Shown here: positions 12,523 through 22,922 of the stretch, in pieces
How the letters are laid out: the number at the start of each line of letters is the position of its first letter
Numbering within the stretch: the stretch's first letter is position 1
NCBI GenBank assembly: GCA_030390025.1
Contig: JASTWF010000034.1
Span: 186,001-250,000, forward strand
DNA: 64,000 nucleotides
Reading direction: 5' to 3'
Source of the DNA: Squalus acanthias
Taxonomy: Eukaryota
Translations under genes and position numbers: made by a program
The notes under the pieces: model-generated
The model's input: only the letters and a program-made list of their open reading frames with translations
Told to the model about the DNA's origin: nothing
The model's database searches: none

Positions 12523-13679
12523 TGTAGCGACCTTGGCGCTGATGAAGTGGATTTCTCTGTCCGTGAGTTTTGAGGCATCGCTCGTGGTGTTTTTCACCAC
12601 TTTCCACCTTTAAAAAAAACCTTGCTGCCAGTTTATTAAAGCCATTAACAGCCGCTCGGGTGGGACACACCAATAAATGAGGCCTTGTAAGTTTCCCTCA
12701 GAATGACAGGCCTGAATTCGAGTTAGAAAACATTTAGTAATTAAACCAGACTGGGCGGGGCCTGAGGTGTGAGTTAGTGACCGAAAAGTGGCAGCCAGCG
12801 TACTTCACACCAGGGCTGAGGACCCGGGGACTCGGGTTTCTGTATCATTTATTGATTAATTTAGTTTATTACCCAATCTCAATCAGACTGGTGGGTCATC
12901 TTGCTGTCTGACGGAGGCGAGGTTCCCCAATGGAGTGCTCTCTACGCGGGGGTCCTTCCTTGCACCATTGGGGATCTGGGGTGGAGACTGTTGCAAGGAG
13001 CTGTCGTGTGCAACAGTTTTTAAACTCCTCTAAGTGTGTGTGTCACAAATAGATTTTTTCTATTTTGAATAGAAATACAAAAGCTCTACTAGACATGTTA
13101 AACTACTAGTTATTTAATCAGGGCTGCAGCTGCTGAAAGGTTGACTGTACTGAGGTTTGTGGCCAGAGCTGGCAGACGTGTTGTTCTGAAGTCTGAAGTC
13201 TCACACCTGAAGAGTCTGTTTATGTCGTGTTGTAATGACCTTTTTCCGTTGCCTGGTGTCAGAAATAGAAATCAAAGGGAGATGATGCCCCACTCTGTTA
13301 ATCAACTCTTTGACACATTCCCATGCATTTCCTTTCTTAATTTACAAAGTTCACAACTCCATTAGTGAACAATGGATTGCCAGTCTGCCACTTTTTAGTG
13401 AGGCTTGAAAGGATTCGCTGTGAAGCTACACCTGCCCATCTGTCTGTGTGTCACTGTGTTTGGATTGTGTTAGACAACAGGCCTAATATCTCGCCTACAT
13501 CCATTACAATTTTTGAAATGTTAGATTGTACTTGGAAGAAGTTGAGTTTGAATCTGACAATTCTGAAATTGGGAGCTTTTAATGATTTCTGTTTTCACAT
13601 AACTATATAGTGATGTGATCAGTCAAAGCAAATTAAAAGATGCTGCTATTTACTGAACACAACTGAATAATTCTACAAG

Positions 13680-13865
13680 GATGCTATCACAGTGTTCCTC
13701 AGTATTAACTACACCCCTCAATTTTGTGTCATCAGCAAATTTTGAAATTGTACCTCTGATTCCCAAGTCCAAATCATTGATGTAAATGGTGAACAACAGT
13801 GGTCCCAGCACCGATCCCCGTGGAACACCACTTCCCACCTTCCGCCCGTCTGAGTAAATACCTTT
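13680..13865 (-). mobile_element. CR1 RT fragment
   Basis: GVPRGSVLGPLLFTIYINDL..FADDTK. Confidence 0.85.
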
Positions 13866-14295
13866 CACTCATCCCGTTACTAGAACTGGACTTGTCTCCA
13901 TTCCCGTGCCGAGGGGATTGCTGTACCAGACGGAAGGGGCAACATTTGGGGACTCTCGATTCTCCACCAATTCCCATTCCCCTTCTTTCTGGTGGATAAT
14001 GGAGGTGCCACTGTGTGTAATGTGCAAGTCAGTAAGAATTGTCAGCGAGGATTAATCAGCACTTTCTAATTGGAGATGTTAATCAGTGGAACCTTTCAGA
14101 CACTGAATTGTAGATTTTGTACCAAAGATCAATTTAGGATTGAAGTAAAAGTTCATAATTTTATTGTGAAATAATTTCTGATGAAAGATCACAGACAGCA
14201 GTTCTTAAAGGGACACTGCAGCCCCGAGAATACAATCAGCTATATATCCAGAATATTAAACTCCAGCCCAGTTATTGGGGTTATTAATATCAGCA

Positions 14296-14980
14296 GAATC
14301 ATAGAAATTTACAGCACAGAAGGAGGCCATTTCAGCCCATTGTGTCCACGCTGGCTGACAAAGAGCTCTCCAGCCTAATCCCACTTTCCAGCTCTTGGTC
14401 CGTAGCCCTGTAGGTTACGGCACTTCAAGTGCACATCCAAGCACTTTTTAAATGTGGTGAGGGTCTCTGCCTCTACCACCCTTACAGGCAGTGAGTTCCA
14501 GACCCCCACAACCCTCTGGGTGAAGAAATTTCCTCTCAAATCCCCTCTAAACCTCCTACCAATTACTTTAAATCTATGCCCCCTTGTTGTTGACCCCTCT
14601 GCTAAGGGAAATAGGTCCTTTCTGTCCACTCTCTCGAGGGGCCAAATGACCTACTCCTGCTCCTACATCTTATGTCTTATGTTCTTATCTAGGCCTCTAA
14701 TATTTTTATACACCTCAATAAGGTATCCCCTCAGCCGCCACTGTTCCAAAGAAAACAACCCCAGCCTATCCAGTCTTTGCTCGCAGCTAAAATTCTCCAG
14801 TCCAGGCAACATCCTCGTAAATCTCCTCTGTACCCTCTCTATCGCAACCACATCTTTCCTGTAATGTGGTGACCAGAACTGCACACAGTACTCTAGAGCG
14901 GTGACCTAACTAGTGTTTTATACAGTTCAAGCATAACCTCCCTGCTCTTGTATTCTATGCCTCGGCTAATAAAGGCAAGA
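14296..14980 (-). mobile_element. CR1 3' fragment inserted in the 3' UTR of ZNF gene 2, itself carrying a short plus-strand CR1 tail at about 14633-14685
   Basis: ORF2 C-terminus plus tail; UTR homology to gene 1 resumes on both sides. Confidence 0.85.
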
Positions 14981-15033
14981 ATCAGAAACAAACCCCAACT
15001 GTCAGAATGAACATGGTTCAGTCCTGGATGTGA

Positions 15034-15906
15034 TTAACAGCAGCAATAACAGCAGAATTCAACCCCTGCAGTCACTTGTGAACTCGCTGGTGTCTCAGCA
15101 GGGTGGGATGAACGAGTGAAACCCTTCCCACACACGGAGCAGGAGAATGGCCTCTCCCCGGTGTGAACTCGCTGGTGTGTCAGCAGGTGGGATAAGTGAA
15201 TGAATCCCTTCCCACACACTAAGCAAGTGAAGGGCCTCTCCCCAGTGTGAATTCGCTGGTGTAGTAGGAGGTTGGCTGACTGCTTGAACCTCTTCCCACA
15301 GTGAGTGCAGCTGAATGGTCTCTCGTCAGTGTGAACTCGCTGATGTGTCTGCAGAATGGACGAGTGAGTGAATCCCTTCCCACACACGGAGCAGGTGAAT
15401 GGCCTCTCTCCCGTGTGACTGCGTTCATGATTTTTCAGCTCAGATGGGTAATTGAATCCCTTTCCACACACAGAACAGGTGAACGGCCTCTCCCCTGTGT
15501 GACTGCGTCGATGAATTTCCAGCTTGGATGGGTAATTGAACCCCTTCCCACAGTCTCCACATTTCCACAGTTTCTCCATGGTGCGGGTGTCCTTGTGTCT
15601 CTCCAGGTTGGACAATCCGTTGAAGCCTCGTCCACACACAGAACACGAGTCCGGTTTCTCCCCGCTGTGAACGGTGCGATGGTTTTTCAGGCTGTGTAAC
15701 TGGTTAAAGCTCTTTCCACAGTCAGTGCACTGGAACACTCTCACTCGGGTGTGTGTGTCTCGGTGCTTTTCCCACAGACAAACATTTCTCCTTCCACATT
15801 CAGAGGCCGATGATATTCGGGTCCTGATGAATGGAGTGACTCTGTCAGATCTTGATGTGATGTTTGGTTTGAGTTTGCGGTGTGTAAATGCTGCCCTTCT
15901 CACAGC
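15034..15906 (-). CDS. KRAB-less C2H2 zinc-finger gene 2 main exon (first in-frame ATG at 15579, MEKLWKC); five intact fingers and a frameshifted last finger
   Basis: Acceptor CCTTTTACAG| before 15906; donor CAG|GTGAGA at 16261/16260; a +1 shift in the last finger bypasses the family stop (HK*, TGA at 15074-15072). Confidence 0.75.
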   Translation of the reverse strand, partial: AVRRAAFTHRKLKPNITSRSDRVTPFIRTRISSASECGRRNVCLWEKHRDTHTRVRVFQCTDCGKSFNQLHSLKNHRTVHSGEKPDSCSVCGRGFNGLSNLERHKDTRTMEKLWKCGDCGKGFNYPSKLEIHRRSHTGERPFTCSVCGKGFNYPSELKNHERSHTGERPFTCSVCGKGFTHSSILQTHQRVHTDERPFSCTHCGKRFKQSANLLLHQRIHTGERPFTCLVCGKGFIHLSHLLTHQRVHTGERPFSCSVCGKGFTRSSHPAETPASSQVTAGVEFCCYCCC

Positions 15907-15979
15907 CTGTAAAAGGAGTTTCCAAAAGCCATGACTGTGAGTCCAGGATAGAAATTGACAAGATTCTCTCCTCCTGGTT

Positions 15980-16560
15980 CCTGGCCAAGGGGGCCGCGCA
16001 TGCGCCCTGCTGCCCCCTGAGCCTCTCAAGATGGCGGCCGTTAACCCGGGCCTGTCACCGGGAGAAAGACCCGCAGCTGCCGCCCTGCTCGGGGCAAACG
16101 CCCGGCCCGGAGGCTCTTGTTCGGGGCCTGAGGCCCACCCCGGGTGTATGTGAAGCGGATAATGTTGAGTGTTTGAATAATGGGGCCTGGGGCCGCACTC
16201 GGGGTGTGTGCAGCCCGCGTCCCCCCGGGGTTTATTAACCCGCTCCCTGAGCTCTCTCACCTGATGTGTCAGCGGCTGCTAACAAGGTCCGCGCATGCTC
16301 AGCTCACACTGCCCGGGTGATTGACGGGAGCTCGGACCAATAGGAAGAGCGGGACGGGGCTGGAGGACCGAGCGGGCGGCGGGTCCTCCAACCAATGGCG
16401 GTGCAGCAAGGGGGCGGGGCCTGGTGAGCAGCTCAGGTGCGCTGGGGCCGATTGTGACGCGCTGTCCCCAGGTGAGCAGCTCAGTCAGCACAGAGCTGGG
16501 GCTGGAATCTGGGAGAGGGGCCACAGTCAGCGGGCCTGGCAAAGGGCCAGAGCGACAGCA
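15980..16560 (-). promoter_or_regulatory. CpG-island promoter and non-coding exon 1 of ZNF gene 2
   Basis: YY1 CAAGATGGCGGC, NRF1 GCGCATGCGC, two CCAAT boxes, GC box GGGGCGGGGC. Confidence 0.7.
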
Positions 16561-16689
16561 GCTTCACTAAAGAAGATTATTTAAAGACAAATTCCTGCAG
16601 TTTCAGAGACAGCGCTGGTCACTGCAATAATTTCTTAAATGTTTAATAATTAAATCAAAAGCATCAAAAAGGAAGAAAGTAGCAAAAGT

Positions 16690-17160
16690 AAAGAAAGAAG
16701 AAAGACTTGCATTTATATAGCGCCATTCACGACCACCGGACGTCTCAAAGCTCTTTACAGCCAATGAAGTACTTTTTGAAGTGGAGTCACTGTTGTAATG
16801 TGGGAAACGCGGCAGCCAATTTGTGCTCAGCAAGCTCCCACAAACAGCAATGTGATAATGACCAGATAATCTGTTTTTGTTATGTTGGTTGAGGGATAAA
16901 TATTGGCCAGGACACTGGGGAGAACTCACCTACTCTTCTTCGAAATAGTGCCATGGGATCTTTTACATCCACCTGAGAGGGCAGACGGGGCCTCGGTTTA
17001 ACGTCTCATCCGAAAGACGGCACCTCTGACAGTGCAGCACTCCCTCAGCACAGCACTGGAGTGTCAACCTAGCTTTATGTGCTCAAGTCCCATGGAGCGT
17101 GACTTGAACCCACAACCCTTTGACCCAGAGGCGAGTGTGCTACCAACTGAGCCATAGCTG
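16690..17160 (-). mobile_element. Deu-domain SINE (SacSINE1-like), full length
   Basis: Reverse complement of the 6858-7330 family. Confidence 0.85.
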
Positions 17161-17161
17161 A

Positions 17162-18728
17162 CGTTGGTCCCTTAGAGGCTGAGACAGGAGAAATTATTAT
17201 GGGGAATAAGGAAATGGCAGAAACGTAGAAGACACAAAAGCATACCAAAGATGGTGGGGAACCGAGGGTCTAATGAGGGTGAGGAACTTAATGTAATTAA
17301 TATAAGTACGAGAGTACTAGAGAAACTAATGGTACTAAAAGCCGACAAATCCCCTGGACCTGACGGCCTACATCCTATGGTTCTAAAAGAGGTGGCTGAA
17401 GAGATAGTGGATGCATTGGTTTTGATCTTCCAAAATTCCCTAGATTTTGGAACGGTCCCAGCGAATTGGATGGTCGCAAATGTAACACCGCTATTCAAGA
17501 AAGGAGGGAGTGAAAAAACAGGGAACGACAGGCCAGTTAGCCTGACATCAGTCATTGGGAAAATGCTGGAATCCATTGTTACGGAAGTGGTATCAGGGCA
17601 CTTAGAAAATCATAACATGATTAGACAGAGTCAACATGGTTTTATGAAAGGGAAATCATGTTTGAGTTTTTTGAGGATGTAACTAGCAGGGTAGATAAAG
17701 GGGAACCAGTGGATGTAGTATATTTGGATTTCCAAAAGGCATTCGATAAGGTGCCACATAAAAGGTTATTACAGAAGATTAGGGCTCATGGGGTTGGGGG
17801 TAATATAGTAGCATGGATAGAGGATTGGTTAACGGACAGAAAACAGAGAGTAGGGATAAACGGATCTTTTTCAGATTGGCAGGCTGTAACTAGTGGGGTG
17901 CCGCAAGGATCAGTGTTGGGGCCTCAGCTATTTACAATCTATATTAATGACCTAGATGAAGGGACCGAGTGTAATGTATCCAAGTTTGCTGATGATACAA
18001 AGCTAGGTGGGACAGTAAGCTGTGAGGAGAACACAAAGAGTCTGCAAAGGGATATAGATAGACTAAGTGAGTGGGCAGTAAGGTGGCAGATGGAGTATAA
18101 TGTAGGGAAATGTGAGGTTATTCACTTTGGTAGGAAGAATAGAAAACAGAATATTTTTTAAATGGTGAGAAACTTTCAAATGTTGGTGTTCAGAGAGATT
18201 TGGGTGTCCTCGTGCAAGAAACACAGAAAGCTAGCATGCAGGTACAGCAAGCAATAAGGAAGGCAAATGGCATGTTGGCCTTTATTGCAAGGGGGTTGGA
18301 GTATAAGAGTAAGGAAGTCTTGCTACAATTGTACAGGGCCTTGGTGAGACCACACCTGGAGTACTGTACACGGTTTTGGTCTCCTTATCTAAGGAAGGAT
18401 ATACTTGCCTTGGAGGCGGTGCAACGAAGGTTCACTAGATTGATTCCTGGGATGAGAGGGCTGTCCTATGATGAGAGATTGTGTAGAATGGGCCTATACT
18501 CTCTGGAGTTTAGAAGAATGAGAGGTGATCTCATTGAAACATACAAGATTCTGAAGGGGATTGACAGGGTAGATGCTGAGAGGTTGTTTCCCCTGGCTGG
18601 AGTGTCTAGAACTAGGGGGCATAGTCTCAGGATAAGGGCTCGGCCATTTAAGACCGAGATGAGGAGGAATTTCTTCACTCAGAGGGTTGTGAATCTTTGG
18701 AATTCTCTGCCTCAGAGGGCTGTGAATG
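17162..18728 (+). mobile_element. CR1 LINE ORF2 RT region
   Basis: KSPGPD, DFQKAFDKV, GVPQGSVLGP, FADDTK, WNSLP. Confidence 0.92.
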
Positions 18729-19241
18729 CTGATCTGCGACCTAACTCCATACACCCGCCTTTGGCCCATATCCCTTAATACCTTTGGGTAACAAAAACCT
18801 ATCAATCTCAGATTTAAAATTAACAATTGATCTCGCATCAATTGCCGTTTGCGGAAGAGAGTTCCAAACTTCTACCACCCTTTGTGTGTAGAAGTGTTTC
18901 CTAATTTCACTCCTGAAAGGTCTGGCTCTAATTTTTAGACTATGCCCCCGAGTCCTAGAATCCCCAACCAGCGGAAATAGTTTCTCTCTATCTACCCTAT
19001 CTGTTCCCCTTAATATCCTGAAAACTTCGATCAGATCACACCTTAACCTTCTAAATTCTAGGGAATACAACCCTAATTTGTGTAATCTCTCCCCGTAACT
19101 TAACCCTTGAAGTCCGGGTATCATTCTGGTAAACCTGCGCTGCACTCCCTCCAAGGCCAATATATCCTTCCTAAGGTGTGGTGCCCAGAACTGCTCACAG
19201 TACTCCAGGTGTGGTCTAACCAGGGTTTTGTACAGCTGCAG
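18729..19241 (-). mobile_element. CR1 3' fragment
   Basis: LVRPHLEYC..WNSLP; same subfamily as 42395-43440. Confidence 0.88.
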
Positions 19242-19800
19242 GGTTTTGGCCTCAGCTGGAGTCTTGTGTACAGTTCTGGGCACCACACTTTAGGAAGGAT
19301 GTCAAGGCCTTGGAGAGGGTACAGAGGAGGTTGACCAGGATGGTACCAGGGATGAGGGACTTCAGTTATGTGGAGAGATTGGAGAAGCTGGGATTGTTCC
19401 CCTTAGAGCAGAGAAGGTTAAGAGGAGACCTAATAGAGGTGTTCAAAATGATGAGGGGTTTTGATCGAGCAAGTAGGGAGAAACTGTTCACTCTGGCAAG
19501 TGGGTCGGTAACCAAAGGTCACAGATTTAAAATAGTTGCTAAAAGAACTAGAGGTGAATGAGGAGAATTGTTTTCACACAGAGGGTTGTTAAGATCTGGA
19601 ACGCACCATCTGAAAGGATGCTGGAATCAGGTTCCACAGGAACTTTCAAACGGTGATTGGACGTGTACTTGAAGAGGACTAGTTTGCAGAGTTCTGGGGA
19701 TAAAGCTGGGGTTTGGGACTAAATTGGACAGTTCTTTCAAAGAGCCGGCACAGACACGATGGGCCGAATCACCTCCTTCTGTGCTGTTAGATTCTATGAT
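19242..19800 (+). mobile_element. CR1 3' fragment with tail, abutting the truncated end of ZNF gene 3
   Basis: ERVQRRLTRM..RGDLIEVFK; ends TTCTATGAT at 19800. Confidence 0.88.
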
Positions 19801-21028
19801 CAGTGTGAAGACGCTGGTGTCTCTTAAGGCTCTTCGAGCTTTTAAAGCTCTTCCCACAGTCAGAACATTTAAAGGGTCTCTCGTCAGTGTGAACTCGCTG
19901 GTGTCTCAGCAGGGTGGAGGACCGAGCGAATCCTTTCCCACACTCGAAGCAGGTGAACGGCCTCTCCCCAGTGTGAAGGAGCCAATGTCTCTTCAGCTCC
20001 CCGGAGTTTTTAAATCTCTTCCCACAGTCAGAACATTTAAAGGGTCTCTCGTCAGTGTGAACTCGCTGGTGTCTCAGCAGGTTGGAGGACCGAGCGAATC
20101 TTTACCACACTCGAAGCAGGTGAACGGCCTCTCTCCAGTGTGAACTTGCTGGTGTCTCTTCAGCTCCCTGGAGCTTTTAAATCTCTTCCCACAGTCAGAA
20201 CATTTAAAGGGTCTCTCGTCAGTGTGAACAAGCTGGTGTGACAGGAGGGTGGATGACTCAATGAATCCCTTCCCACACACGGAGCAGGTGAACGTCCACT
20301 CTCCAGTGTGAACTCGCTGATGTGCCAGCAGGTTGGAGGACGAAGCGAATCCCTTCCCACACACAGAGCAGGTGAACGGCCACTCCCCAGTGTGTAGGTG
20401 TTGGTGTCTCTTCAGCTCCCCGGAGCTTTTAAAGATCTTTCCACAGTCAGAACATTTAAAGGGTCTCTCATCAGTGTGAACAAGCTGGTGTCTCAGCAGG
20501 TTGGAGGACAAAGCGAATCCTTTCCCACACTCGAAGCAGGTGAACGGCCACTCCCCAGTGTGTAGGTGTTGGTGTCTCTTCAGCTCCCCGGGGCTTTTAA
20601 AGCTCTTCCCACAGTCAGAACACTGAAATGGTCTCTCGTCAGTGTGAACTCGCTGGTGTGTTTCCAGGTGGGATGGATAAACAAATCCCTTTCCACACAC
20701 GGAGCAGGTGAACGGACTGTCCCTGGTGTGACTGCGCCGTTGAACTTCTATTGCAGACGGGGAACTGAATCCCTTCCCACTGTCCCCACCTTTACCCGGT
20801 TTCTCCCCGGTGTGACGGTGCACGTGTCTCACCAGGTCAGGCGATCGGCTGAATCCGCGTCCACACACCGAACACGTGTGCGGTTTGTCATCGCTGCGAT
20901 CGCTGCTTTCTCCTTCCATGTGCAAAGGCCGATGATATTCAGGTCCTGATGAATCGAGCGACTCTGTCAGATCTTGACGTGATGTTTGGTCTGAGCTTCC
21001 CGTCTGTAACTGCTCCACTTCTATAACC
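19801..21028 (-). pseudogene. KRAB-less C2H2 zinc-finger gene 3 (ATG at 20919), about 13 fingers, 1-nt deletion near 20100, 3' end cut off by CR1
   Basis: Acceptor CATTTACAG| before 21028; finger array continues in another frame to 19801; no family stop or UTR remains. Confidence 0.85.
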
Positions 21029-21159
21029 CTGTAAATGAGTTCAGAAAAGGATCAGAGGCAAACTGTTGTTTAATTTTCCCCTTTCCCAGCCTAGGGGCAG
21101 TGAAGCTGATTTTCAGGCTCCAGCTGCTGCACAGGTTGGTTGAAAGGATCAGCAGTAAT

Positions 21160-21440
21160 GGCGGCTGCAATACCCACAAGCCCGGCGCTCCAGAAAGCGC
21201 TCTGTTGACTCTGAGTCCCGCCCATGTGCTCATGGCCCCCGCGCTCTCCCTCCTGCTCCACAATCGCCCGTCCCGATCGGTCCACAACGCGCATGCTCAG
21301 CGCACAAAACCCCGCGGTTGGAACATCAGGCGCGCATGCGGAGCCGCAACATCTGGTACGTGTGCGCGGCTCAGGTGGGGGCGAGTCGGTGTTTCGCCTC
21401 AGCCGCCAGGGAGGTGCGCATGCGCAGGACGACCCAACAT
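21160..21440 (-). promoter_or_regulatory. CpG-island promoter of ZNF gene 3
   Basis: Three NRF1-type motifs (GCGCATGCTC, GCGCATGCGG, TGCGCATGCGCA). Confidence 0.6.
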
Positions 21441-21475
21441 TCTTCCTGTCAGCAATCACTCCCTCGTTTCTTTAA

Positions 21476-21575
21476 TAAAAACAGAAAATGCTGGAAATAC
21501 TCAGCAGGTCAGGCAGCATCTGTGGAGAGAGAAACAGAGTTAACGTTTCAGGTCGATGACCCTTCGTCAGAACTG
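21476..21575 (-). ncRNA. Solo Penelope terminal fragment with minimal hammerhead ribozyme (core 21538-21574)
   Basis: Minus strand: AGTT-CTGACGA-A-GGGTC atc GACCT-GAAA-CG-TT-AACT. Confidence 0.75.
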
Positions 21576-21589
21576 CTTGTCCTTTAGTG

Positions 21590-22158
21590 TCAGCCAGTGG
21601 CTCAGTTGGTAGCACTCTTGCCTCTGAGTCAGAAAGTTGTGGGTTCAAGTCCCACTCCAGAGACTTGAGCACAGGAATCCAGGCTGACACTCCAATGCAG
21701 TGCTGAGGGAGTGCGGCACTGTCGGAGGTGCCGTTTTTTGGATGAGACATTAAACCCTGTCTGCTCTCTCAGGTGGATATAAAAGATCCCATGACACTAT
21801 TTCGAGAAAGAAAGACTTGCATTTATACAGTGCTTTCATGACCACCAGACGTCCCAAAGTGCTTTACAGCCAATGAAGTACTTTTGAGGTGTAGTCACTG
21901 CTGTAATGTGGGAAAGAGCAGGGGAATTCTCCCGGTGTCCTGGCCAATGTTCATCCCTCAATTAACATAACAAAATGATAGATTATCTGCTCATTATCAC
22001 ATTGCTGTTTGTGGGAGCTTGCTGTGCGTTAATCGACTGCTGCGTTTCCCACATTACAACAATGACTACACTTCAAAAAGTACTTCATTGGCTGTAAAGT
22101 GCTTTGGGACGTCCGGTGGTGGTGAAAGGCGCTCTATAAATGCAAGTCTTTCTTTCTT
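21590..22158 (+). mobile_element. Deu-domain SINE with an inverted copy of its family tail inserted at about 21806-21915
   Basis: Same family as 6858-7330; the internal segment is the reverse complement of 22046-22157. Confidence 0.85.
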
Positions 22159-22189
22159 CACTGGTCTCACCAGCGACCTCTTCTGGCTG

Positions 22190-22790
22190 ATGGTTGAGAG
22201 TCCGCACATGCGCACGCGGGACGGCGGTTTGTGCCGATTCCGGCACAGCGACCCCTCCCGGTCATCAAGGGTAACAACCGCGCATGCCCAGAGGAGACCA
22301 AGCCCCCTCCCCCACTCGGAGCTGCGACTGCGCGGTAGGATCCTGGCAGACGGAGTCGGCGCGGGGCATTCCGGGGAAAGGCCTTGGTGTCGGTTACAGA
22401 GTCGCGATCGGTGACGCAAAGTGAGTTTTCTCCGCTCCGATTGGGTGATGAATCGCGCGGGGTGGGGGGGAGGGGTGGATCGGGAGAGAATAAAGAGAAA
22501 TAGAAAAACCTGAGAGTCCGCGAGGCCCCGGACCGAGCGGCGTCAGTTGGACGGAGCACGTGATCTCCTCGGGGACCCGTGACCCGGGCCCGCGGCCTGA
22601 TTGACGGGAGCTTCCGACCAATAGGGAGCGAGCGGGGCGGGGCTGGAGGAGCGAGCCGGCGGCGGGTCCTCCAACCAATCGGGGAGCCCGAGGGGCGGGA
22701 CTAGCGCCGGCTGATTGTCTGATCCGCGGGGCAGCGAGTTTCTCCAGTCCCTTGTTCAGGGCCCGGGGCCAGGGGAGGCTGTGGGCCTTT
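22190..22790. promoter_or_regulatory. CpG island with a CCAAT/GC-box module paralogous to 16315-16420
   Basis: GATTGACGGGAGCT..GACCAATAGG..GGGGCTGGAGGA..GGCGGCGGGTCCTCCAACCAAT shared. Confidence 0.65.
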
Positions 22791-22922
22791 ATTCCCCTTA
22801 TTGGACACAAGGCTCTTTGTCTCACAACACACTGGCTCAGGTTTTAATACAGACTTTTTAAATTCATGAATAAAAGCAGATAAACCCCGTGCTTCTGTGG
22901 CACAAACTTTCTAATATTTTCC

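Noticed and set aside
12523..13046. Possible solo LTR (TG..CA), also 10806-11098; CTGATGA near 12539 as a hammerhead
   Set aside because: No target-site duplication or second copy; no stem II/GAAA after the CTGATGA
15907..16260. N-terminal extension of the 408-aa ZNF ORF
   Set aside because: It starts at the GTG of a splice donor and runs through a GC-rich intron
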